Source: Octopus sinensis
Lineage: Eukaryota
DNA: 8,184 nucleotides
NCBI RefSeq assembly: GCF_006345805.1
Contig: NW_021828457.1
Coordinates: 1 to 8,184, forward strand
Direction of reading: 5' to 3'
Shown: piece after piece, positions 1 to 6,974 of the stretch
Position numbering within the stretch: position 1 is the stretch's first letter
Layout: each line of letters starts with the position of its first letter
Translations under genes and position numbers: made by a program
The notes under the pieces: model-generated
What the model saw: only the letters and a program-made list of their open reading frames with translations
Database searches by the model: none
What the model was told of the DNA's origin: nothing

Positions 1-61
1 TGCCATTTTAAATTGTCATTTAATTTTAATATATTAAATTAATAATGTATTTAAAACAGAA

Positions 62-142
62 TTTATTTGTGATCATTGTGGTACGTCTTTTCCATCAAAA
101 CGATCATTACACTCACACAATCAAAATATGTCTTTATTGTGC
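62..142 (+). other. C2H2-like zinc-finger motif in an orphan reading frame (possible exon or TE remnant)
   Basis: Frame starting at 62 reads FICDHCGTSFPSKRSLHSHNQNMSLLC = C-x2-C-x3-F-x5-L-x2-H. The fourth ligand is non-canonical (no His at +4; Cys at +8). No start codon; a possible acceptor (aaaacAG) ends at 59. Confidence 0.45.
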
Positions 143-930
143 AATACGAATAAAAAACTACAAATAATATTTTTTTATGTTATTTTTTTAAATAAAGTGT
201 TTGATATTTTAAATGTTTCTTGTTGGATATTTGTTGATATTTTTTTACGTAAAAAACTGAATTATGTTTTTTGAGTTTAAATATTCAGTTAGTTTGTTAA
301 TTTATTTTTTACGTGAATGCTGTTCTGAGAATTTTGTCGGTTTACGTCACTGGTGCTGAGACATTCTTTTTCACCAAATTAAAATTATTATGGAATAATT
401 AATCCTTTAAATATTATTTTGACTTGATTTTAATAAACCAAGCTTTATTCAGTTCAATTTGGTCGATAGGAAAGACATATTGGATGTATATCTGTAAATG
501 TAGTTCCCCATAAAAAAATTGGATTTGTACTGTTTATATGAGATTAGATTCATCACCATGTTCCTGAAGGAATAGTATTGAAGGTAGCCTATGCTATTTA
601 GGTGACGGAATAATTAGAGAAAGCTTTGAAACTATTTTAAGAACACTTGAATTAGTTGTGTTGAATTTTGACAGTAAAACTTCGAATATTTCCCAATTAA
701 TGAAATTCGATGTCTCAAACATATCATACACCACGGAAGTTGAGCACAATATTGAATTAATAAATTTGAACGGAAGGATTCCTGATGAATTTTGGAACGA
801 TGTGCAATAAAATATGTCAAATACAAAGTGTCAACACCCTAAACATTTCCGAGGTTTGTAAAGCTGCTAAAGTCTCTGGAATCGTTGGAGAGAATACGGG
901 AAAGGTCTCAATTTAAAAACTGTGTGCCAG

Positions 931-1005
931 GCTATATATCTTGATGAAGTATTGTTGGGTGAGGGACATATAATCCTGTAATGTGTGCGGACGACACGGC
1001 AATTA
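931..1005 (+). pseudogene. Degenerate non-LTR RT catalytic-region fragment (YADD-like)
   Basis: AIYLDEVLL (931-957), then after a frameshift MCADDTAI (981-1004); resembles LFxIYxDxV...YADDTxI with Tyr replaced by Cys. Confidence 0.5.
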
Positions 1006-1049
1006 CAGGCAACAAAACACCGAGGTTTGACAACATTTACTTTACGACG

Positions 1050-1270
1050 AATTACGGACTGCTCAAAGTATCGTACAAAATATTTTTAAATACAATACAA
1101 CATCATCTAATGTCAAATACAAAAATGATTTGACCGGCTATCCAAGCAAGATTCAACAAGGGAAGAGGTACATTCGACCATATAGGAAATGTCCGATGAA
1201 TTATAAGAAAACGCAAAAATCCCGAAAGAGTATATACATTTGCTTTATTGATTATCGGAAAGCTTTCGAT
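1050..1270 (+). pseudogene. RTE-clade (BovB-like) non-LTR reverse transcriptase fragment, N-terminal RT domains
   Basis: Frame 1050 reads NYGLLKVSYKIFLNTIQHHLMSNTKMI*PAIQARFNKGRGTFDHIGNVR*II; after a 1-nt frameshift near 1206 it continues KTQKSRKSIYICFIDYRKAFD (FIDYRKAFD at 1244-1270). This matches the RTE pattern QAGFRKGRGTRDQIANIRWIxEK...IYFCFIDYxKAFD. Stops at 1131 and 1197. Confidence 0.88.
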
Positions 1271-1789
1271 CAAGCTGTGGTCCGCTTTAAAAGAATTTGG
1301 ATTCGATGCCCATCGGATATTGCACTAAGTAAAGATTATTCTTGAGGTTTTTACATGAAATAGAGTTGTCTCAAATTTCTTTAAAAGTCATTTAATTTAC
1401 CAGCGCTCTTTTAAATAGTTAATGTTTTAAAATAACAATTATTTCATTTATTTCCTCATTAGTTTCTGACATTTCAAATATCTTCTTAAAAATATTCCCA
1501 AGATTATCTGTTACATTTATAACCGGGAAGTAATTTGCTGCTGAAAAGTGATAATAAATTCAGTGTAGTTTTGTAAATAATATGCAAGTTAAAAATGTAT
1601 TTTTAATAAGTGTATTAATGATTTTTGTTACTAGAATTATAATTTCTTGAAAATATAAGAGAAAAACTGGAATAAACTGAAACAAACCCAATGAAAAGCA
1701 TATCGACTAAATAGGGAATCTTTATTCAAAACATTTTTATGTCCAGCATGACCAGCCACGAGGAAGCAGTCAATTTGTTAAATCCGACA

Positions 1790-1810
1790 TTTATTTTATT
1801 TATTTATTTA
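1790..1810 (-). repeat. (TAAA)n 3' tail of the LINE fragment
   Basis: + strand tttattttatttatttattta directly abuts the GC-rich LINE 3' UTR. Confidence 0.8.
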
Positions 1811-2460
1811 ACCGCCAAGACCACGGTAAAAATCAAACAAGCGTCACGTGATCCCGATGCACTCGACCAGGGACCTTATTTTCGCTCGGTGATCTTTTCA
1901 CGAGCCCACACAAGATCGCATTGGGCGGCAGGCCGTTTTGACAGGATTTGCTGACGATCCGAGGTTCAGCTTGATGAGGTCTTCCAGAGGAGCTGGACCG
2001 AGGCGTTCGTTATCGTGTGACCAACGATCGGTTAATCTGTGGGCCCTTTGTTGGATCTCCTGGATTCGCCTTCTGTTGGACCACGATAACCGCGAACCTC
2101 ATGATCCGCAGACGTAGGCAATTGATGGTTCGAAGTATTAGCGGTAAATATTTTTCAGTACCGGGTGTGACCCGTTTTTCTATAGGCCGGATAAAGTTCT
2201 GAGGATGTTCAATTTTTTTTCGCATTTGCGAAGGAGGTTGTCTGCGTGCGGACCCTTAGAAGGGTACGGACACGTTGTTCAGCTTTAAGTCGACTAAAGT
2301 CCTTCCCAATCTTTTGTCGGAAGTGAAAAGTGACGTGGCGAATTTCGCCGGGTTAACCAAGAGTCTGTTGTCCGTCAGCCATAGGTTTAGCCGATCCAAG
2401 TTAGCTTGGAGCCTTTCAGAGGCCCTCTGAATGTCCCGGTCCCGTGTCAAAAAGGAAACT
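1790..2460 (-). mobile_element. 5'-truncated, internally deleted I-group (Ingi/Vingi-like) LINE: post-YADD RT/thumb region, 3' UTR and (TAAA)n tail
   Basis: GC-rich island. Minus strand reads VSFLTRDRDIQRASERLQANLDRLNLWLTDNRLLVNPAKFATSLFT (LQxxL...W...NPxK motif), then in a shifted frame HADNLLRKCEKKLNILRTLSGL*...LKNIYR*YFEPSIAYVCGS*GSRLSWSNRRRIQEIQQRAHRLT (thumb). The frame ends at TGA 1900-1898, followed by an 87-nt UTR and TAAATAAATAAATAAAATAAA (1810-1790). The exact clade is tentative. Confidence 0.8.
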
Positions 2461-2939
2461 GAGTTCTTAAACCAAAATAATTTATTCCAAACGTATTAAT
2501 CTGCTAGTTATTGGGAGAAAATTAGTCTTCTTTAAGAGGAAGAAATAAACAAAACTAATACTTTATTTCCAGTCAGTTACGATTTTTTTCTTACTTTCCA
2601 TGTTGTCTTCATACAAATGATTCGCGTCAATTATGAAACTCCCGGCTGAGTTTATCTCCTTTTCAGGGATTTTGATTATATTCTTGGTTCGACCATCATA
2701 CTCTCCAGTTTTTTCGTCAAGACTGTATTTAGATCCAAGTTCCTACTTCAATAGACAACTTTTCAATGTAGAGGTCAAACCTCTATTGCTCGATACCTTT
2801 TTTCAAAAAATTGAAAATTTCTAAAGAAACCTCCATTGCTTGCCAAATTCTAAATCTCACCGCTATTTTTCAATGTTAAAAATTTTTTTAGTTAAACTAT
2901 CTTTTAATATGAAATAATCTTGACGGCGCTTTATTTAAC

Positions 2940-3528
2940 ATGCGAAAGTGTATCAGACTGACGTATAATGATAAAAGACACATAATAGCCTACATCGATG
3001 ATAACATACATATAACAATAGAACATATAGCCTCTGTTTTTTCTTTAATTTTAAGAAAAAAATTTAACCAAGATCAATCAATGATCTCAGGATTGAGAAA
3101 AAATACTTGATAGTGATTCTTTTTTCTCAAGCAAAAAACTCCCATTTATTTTAACATATTCAACCATTAATACAGAAGTTATGACATTGATGGAACATAT
3201 CAAACTTTGTGGCGGATTCATTGACGACAATTCTATTTTTTTGAAAGCGAAAAAAGTTGCCGATCTACACGGATTCATTGATTTCAAGGGTAGCAATGGG
3301 TGGCTTTATAAATTTAAGAAACAGAGCAATATAAAGTTAAAAACTTTTCACGGATAGTCTTATATGACTGACGTAGACCTTGAAGATGAAATGAATTGTT
3401 TTATTTCAGTGATTTGCACAAAATTGGAAAAATATGAACCTGAAAATATTTATAATGACAACGAAATAAGAATATTCTGCAAAAACATACGTTTAAAAAG
3501 TTTTTTTCAACAAATTCGCCCAGGCTGA
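2940..3528 (+). pseudogene. pogo/Tigger-family (TIGD-like) transposase pseudogene: psq-type HTH, CENP-B-type HTH and start of the DDE_1 domain
   Basis: ATG 2940 MRKCIRLTYNDKRHIIAYID...SMISGLRK, frameshift near 3097, then EKILD...KAKKVADLHGFIDFKGSNGWLYKFKKQSNIKLKTFHG*S...YEPENIYNDNEIRIF. Matches FKxSxGWLxxFKxR, GES (GAG changed to TAG at 3355) and NIYNxDETGLF. Truncated by about 3528; no TIR seen. Confidence 0.88.
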
Positions 3529-3561
3529 AGAACCGCCTTATTTTATTTCTTATATTTTGAA

Positions 3562-3958
3562 TGTTCAGTCCAATCTGTTACCACCAATGAATTTGTAGAA
3601 ATTCGAGTCGATAAAAACCTACCGACTGATAATTCTAACCAGAATAATAAGCCAGACATATTTTTGCATGACAAATCGAGCAACAAAATTACTCTTATCG
3701 AAGTTGAGACCACTTTAAAAATTTGTCTTGAGCAGGTCGAAGTGAAAGTACGATTTGGTGGCGAATGGACTGGGAGCGATCCACCGGGCGAAAGTAAAGA
3801 TCGTTCCTGTTGTCATGACCTAAGACGGAATAGTGTCAAAATTCTTCAAAAATCATCTGGCGGTGCTTGGCATGGAGGACAGAGTGAAGGCATACATCGA
3901 GACACTGGTGTTGCGGAAGACCTTAGAAAGCATGCAAGCCGAGACAAGGCACGGGTAA
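3562..3958 (+). pseudogene. C-terminal PD-(D/E)xK restriction-like endonuclease of an R2-group (R4/Dong-like) non-LTR retrotransposon
   Basis: SVQSVTTNEFVEIRVD...NNKPDIFLHDKSSNKITLIEV (KPD 3649-3657, IEV 3697-3705). A frameshift near 3745 gives KYDLVANGLGAIHRAKVKIVPVVMT*DGIVSKFF...AYIETLVLRKTLESMQAETRHG* (stop 3956-3958). The KPD...IEV...KYDL...TWDG order is typical of RLE domains. A GC-richer putative 3' UTR runs to about 4068. Confidence 0.87.
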
Positions 3959-4371
3959 TCGATGCCTGTTAAAGAGGTAGTTCCTGAATCTAGATTCTGC
4001 GTTGACATTAATCTGCCCATCGGTGCATTGTACGTGGGCCCTAAGAGGGTGAGTTTGATGTAAAAAAATACTACAAATTACAAAAACGGAAATTGAATAA
4101 CTAATAATTACGTGTTCTTTTCAGAGTTTAACTTTATTGCTAATATATGTTACTTCGCACTTATTTTCCGAGGCGTGGTGACAACAATATTTTTTTAATT
4201 AAATGATATAAATATTCAACTTTTTAAGCATAAAACCATAAATCGCTCCAACCAAATTCGAAATAACAATGAAGATTGAAATCACTTGCACCGCAAAAAA
4301 CAAAATAACTGCTAATTCGGTAGTTATGTCACCAGGGAGGATTGATATACAAAAAATAAATTGGCGATGTC

Positions 4372-4500
4372 GGACTCGCAACCGTTGGCGATCCCCACCC
4401 CGAGTTTGGTAAGGAGCAAATTCTGAGCTGAGGCGGGGGCATACACTCTTCGCGGCCAATTTAGCAGTCAAGTGGCGGAAGTAGTTTCCAATTGGTATAG
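4372..4500 (-). pseudogene. CRE-clade non-LTR RT fragment (N-terminal RT domains)
   Basis: IPIGNYFRHLTAKLAAKSVCPRLSSEFAPYQ, then with one extra base LGVGIANGCES; matches the CRE-type RPIAxGxxxRRLxAK...PxQLGVGxxxGCE. Confidence 0.8.
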
Positions 4501-4804
4501 CCAAGATTAATTGATTTTAAATAACCTTTTTCAATAATCTCTGAAAAGGTGAGAATTACTGACATTCAAAACTGTTTTGTAATAAAAATAAAGTTTTTTT
4601 TATTAATTATTATTAATTATCTTAATTTTAAAATGGTAAACCTAATACCTAATAAATTAAGCCACTTGTGAGCACGCTGTTGATTTACTTTGTGGTGCTC
4701 TCTTAATTATTTGCTACACTTTATTTTTTTATCTTAATTGGATTCAGAAGGAATAATTCAAGATGTATTTTCTTTTAATGATTTAATTATCTGAAATTTC
4801 ATCA

Positions 4805-4971
4805 TTTTGTGATATTTTTCGATTTTATTCCTTAAATCTCCTTTTTTTTACTTATTTATACTTTTTGTGATATTTTTCGAGTTTGCTCCTTTAATCTCCT
4901 TTTTTACTTATTTCTATTTATATTTTTTTGTGATATTTTTCGATTTTGTTCTTTTAATCTCCTTTTTTACT
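4805..4971. repeat. AT-rich tandem repeat (55-63 bp unit), left arm
   Basis: Unit ttgtgatatttttcgattttgttcttttaatctccttttttacttattt(ctattt)ata... starts at 4807, 4865 and 4928; the third copy is cut at 4971. Confidence 0.9.
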
Positions 4972-4988
4972 GACATTCAATGAACTTG

Positions 4989-5595
4989 TTTTTTTTTTTT
5001 TTTTTTAAAAACACTGACAGTTTATAAGGTAAAGAAATCACTAATTAAGAGGCGGAACCGCAGCCGAGAGGAGGATCGAGGAACAGTTCCCCCTTAGAAC
5101 TGCGAGAGAGATGCGCTCAAAAAGCCACATCAGTTCACGGGGGTCGTTCCTCGCCCTTCCCAATGACCTTCCGATCTTCGAGAGGAAACGGAGAGTAGAC
5201 GGGCCAAGTACACCGGAAGTTTCCACTGACACCGGTTCGAAGATGAAACGGTCCATCAGGGAGGCGTACTTAGATGCCTTCTTCGTCTCCGCCCTCTTGG
5301 CTGCTGAGCCAGCCTCGACCGCCGACAAGGAAAGACATGATGATGCGAAAGTATCAGAGCATGTCGCATCCCAGACGATTGCTTTCCCGTTCTTGTAGGG
5401 AAAGAGTGAGACCCCGTCAGGTCTCTTACCATCCTCCCTTAGAAGGCCAGGAGGCTCCAGCTGACAGGGAAATCCGACTGCTTCAAGTGCATGTTTTACT
5501 ACGGAATTTAATTCAGAATGCCTGGGAATCCGGCCAGGGCTTTTGCGACAGGAAAGTGGATGGAGACCTTTCCGATCTACGACAGAACCACAGAC
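4989..5595 (-). mobile_element. 5'-truncated CRE-clade retrotransposon 3' end: zinc knuckle, RLE, 34-nt 3' UTR and A18 tail
   Basis: Stop-free frame 5595 to 5041 (184 codons + TAG): VCGSVVDRKGLHPLSCRKSPGRIPRHSELN...LEPPGLLREDGKRPDGVSLFPYKNGKAIVWDATCSDTFA...AGSAAKRAETKKASKY...PVSVETSGVLG...RISLAVLRGN. These are CRE hallmark motifs (CG-x6-H-x3-C, RHxxLN, KRPDG, WDAT, KxxKY, VET, RGN). Poly(T)18 on the + strand at 4989-5006. Confidence 0.93.
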
Positions 5596-5688
5596 TTTTT
5601 TACTTATTTCTATTTATATTTTTTGTGATATTTTTCGATTTTGTTCTTTTAATCTCCTTTTTTACTTATTTATACTTTTGTGATATTT
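5596..5688. repeat. AT-rich tandem repeat (55-63 bp unit), right arm
   Basis: The same unit resumes immediately after the CRE 5' junction (unit starts at 5623 and 5678). 5596-5666 equals 4900-4971 except for one T in a T-run. Confidence 0.9.
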
Positions 5689-5790
5689 GAATCTTATATT
5701 ATATGTCACGAAATCAGCGATGTATCTGTCACGAGGTCTCTTAGCGATTATAGGAGTTATTTGAGGCTTTGTAGCCATCAATTTCTTTGA

Positions 5791-5816
5791 CTGACAAATA
5801 TAGATCCAAAAAATAC
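5791..5816 (-). other. 26-nt spliceosomal intron (GT-AG) in the integrase
   Basis: cag|GTATTTTTTGGATCTATATTTGTCAG|tca, phase 0. Length is not a multiple of 3, and removal joins CSF*Q to SKKLMATKPQITPII in frame. Confidence 0.78.
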
Positions 5817-6162
5817 CTGTCAAAATGAACATTTTGACACAATCTGAGCAACTTCGGATCGGGTAACATCGTAATAACGATTAAGAAGTTTGTCGAATAG
5901 ACGATCTCGTCCAAAGTGATCCGTATTATCTTCTTTTCTTAGTCTGTATCTTTTTTTGGTACTTTTGTCGAAGTGGTCGCAGTTTTTTTAGGCCTTTTAA
6001 AAAATCTAATAATTTTTGAGGTGGAATATATTATATTTTATTTAAGTCGCTCTATCAATAATTTAAAATATTATTAAATTTTTTACTAATTTATTTTCTA
6101 ATTTTTTTAATATTATGGCGAGCATGTACCTAATATTGATATAAACTGGCACTATAGGTCAC

Positions 6163-6483
6163 ATGGAAAATTCTGTTGTGGACTTATGCAACATCAAATT
6201 CCGACAGCTCCCATAAGTAAGGAGGATGCAGTGCATTTTCTGCAAAATGTGGATATCCTTTCAAAATCACGTATATGTCCGAAGGGACATCAGATGGAAT
6301 TAGTCTTGGGACCGAAGCTCAACTGGGATCTTATTTCGCAGGTTTTTTTAGTTAGTTATTTTTTCAGAATTTATGTGGCGAAAACAAATACAGAACTATA
6401 AGGAATCTTTTGCACAGATTGTAAAAGACATAAATTCCTTCTACAGTCCTGGAATTTGGATGCCGCGTACTAAAAATGACTAA
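6163..6483 (+). pseudogene. Merlin transposase remnant: N-terminus fused to C-terminus, DDE core deleted
   Basis: ATG 6163 MENSVVDLCNIKFRQLP, frameshift, ISKEDAVHFLQNVDILSKSRICPKGHQMELVLG; then from about 6308 GTEAQLGSYFA^EFMWRKQIQNYKESFAQIVKDINSFY...ND* (stop 6481-6483). SYxxEFMWR is the ISXO2/Merlin C-terminal motif. Confidence 0.85.
6342..6367 (+). other. 26-nt spliceosomal intron (GT-AG) in the Merlin transposase
   Basis: gca g|GTTTTTTTAGTTAGTTATTTTTTCAG|aa ttt atg tgg, phase 1. The unspliced frame hits TAG; splicing rebuilds the GAA codon of SYFAEFMWR. Confidence 0.85.
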
Positions 6484-6824
6484 ATTGGTTAAATAAATTT
6501 TTAAATAATTTTAATAACCATTTAAATTATTGATAGAGGGTATAAATTAAATAATCTATTTTTCACTAAAAAAATAATTAATTTTAATTATCTTCTAAAA
6601 AAACTGCGACCACTTCGACAAAAGTACCCTTTTTTTCTTGTCGACATCTTTAAAAGATGTTGGATCGCGATCAGAATTAATATAAACTTCAATTTGTTCT
6701 ATTTCTTGCAAAAAAAGCTTCATTAAAATCATGCGGCAATTTGAAATAATTCGAATCTTTATAATTTGAATGAAACTGTTATTTACTACAAGTTAACAAA
6801 GCCATTTATCCAAAGTGGAATAAC

Positions 6825-6974
6825 CTGAGATTGGGGATTGTTTGGTCTTCCATGAATGTGAAGTATTCTGAACCTTTGACATAAACTTTGAATTTCTGCA
6901 TTTTTAAATTTTGTCCCGTTGTCCGACTGTAGAATTTTACATGGCCCATGTACGTAGAAAAGATCCTCCAAATT
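6825..6974 (-). pseudogene. Ginger/GIN-like integrase catalytic-core fragment (rve domain)
   Basis: NLEDLFYVHGPCKILQSDNGTKFKNAEIQSLCQRFRILHIHGRPNNPQSQ contains the LQSDNGxEF and GRPxxPQSQ motifs. It stops before the expected GxxER (catalytic Glu). Confidence 0.9.

Larger units (their letters stand above)
5958..6628 (+). mobile_element. Non-autonomous, internally deleted Merlin (IS1016/ISXO2-related) DNA transposon, 671 bp
   Basis: Perfect 34-bp TIRs GGTACTTTTGTCGAAGTGGTCGCAGTTTTTTTAG (5958-5991 and 6595-6628), 8-bp TSD CTTTTTTT (5950-5957 and 6629-6636), and an internal 18-bp inverted repeat (6050-6067 and 6521-6538). Merlin elements characteristically have GG-starting TIRs and 8-9 bp TSDs. 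Confidence 0.93.
5705..6732 (-). pseudogene. Ginger/GIN-like (Gypsy-type) integrase, N-terminal half with H2C2 zinc-binding region, split by the Merlin insertion
   Basis: ATG 6732 MILMKLFLQEIEQIEVYINSDRDPTSFKDVDKKK (6732-6629). Removing Merlin plus one TSD copy joins this in frame to RYRLRKEDNTDHFGRDRLFDKLLNRYYDVTRSEVAQIVSKCSF*Q, then after a 26-nt intron SKKLMATKPQITPIIAKRPRDRYIADFV. This fits the H-x-GRD...C-x2-C (second Cys now TGA at 5822-5820)...PI...R...D layout. Confidence 0.82.

Noticed and set aside
241-256. 16-bp palindrome TTTTTTACGTAAAAAA
   Set aside because: Mostly homopolymer; expected by chance at this AT content.
470-810. Host gene split by 18-27 nt introns (candidates 527-547, 575-601) leading into an 80-codon open frame at 568-810 (+)
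   Set aside because: The upstream and downstream frames do not join with these introns (a TAA follows at 611), and I recognise no domain. The 568-810 frame remains unexplained but unsupported.
1290-1700. Decayed protein-like frame on the minus strand (…FPVINVTDNLGNIFKKIFEMSETNEEINEIIVILKH*)
   Set aside because: Multiple stops, a frameshift and no recognisable family; cannot be distinguished from AT-rich noise without a search.
1739-2225. ORF-track entries 1739..1954, 2010..2225 and 2017..2202 as genes
   Set aside because: They are antisense or off-frame readings of the LINE fragment; the motif-bearing frame is a different, stop-containing one.
632-3296. ORF-track entries 632..826 (-), 2633..2824 (+) and 3087..3296 (-)
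   Set aside because: No recognisable motifs; 3087..3296 is antisense to the pogo transposase.
4199-4370. Membrane protein from the hydrophobic tail of ORF 4199..4504
   Set aside because: The ORF is a chimera of the CRE RT fragment and T-rich sequence that yields hydrophobic codons by composition; no independent support.
4805-5688. Tandem repeats as a CRISPR array
   Set aside because: Units are contiguous with no unique spacers, vary in homopolymer length, and there are no cas genes; the context is eukaryotic.
5111-5690. ORF-track entries 5111..5398 (+) and 5274..5690 (+) as genes
   Set aside because: They are antisense shadows of the GC-rich CRE frame; the second runs into the T-rich repeat, giving a spurious hydrophobic tail.
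1197-5822. Alternative genetic code suggested by in-frame stops at conserved positions
   Set aside because: Expected Trp positions show TGA (1197, 2101), TAG (2182) and TAA (3821) alike, and other stops replace Glu (3355) or Cys (5822) while TGG is used normally; this is mutational decay.
5958-6628. Bacterial IS1595/IS1016 element or contamination
   Set aside because: It contains a spliceosomal intron and is inserted in a eukaryotic intron-bearing integrase, so it is a eukaryotic Merlin.
6786-6824. 39-nt intron after QSQ, or a Ginger TIR starting TGTAG at 6790
   Set aside because: Splicing does not give the expected GxxER continuation, and no partner TIR exists in the window.
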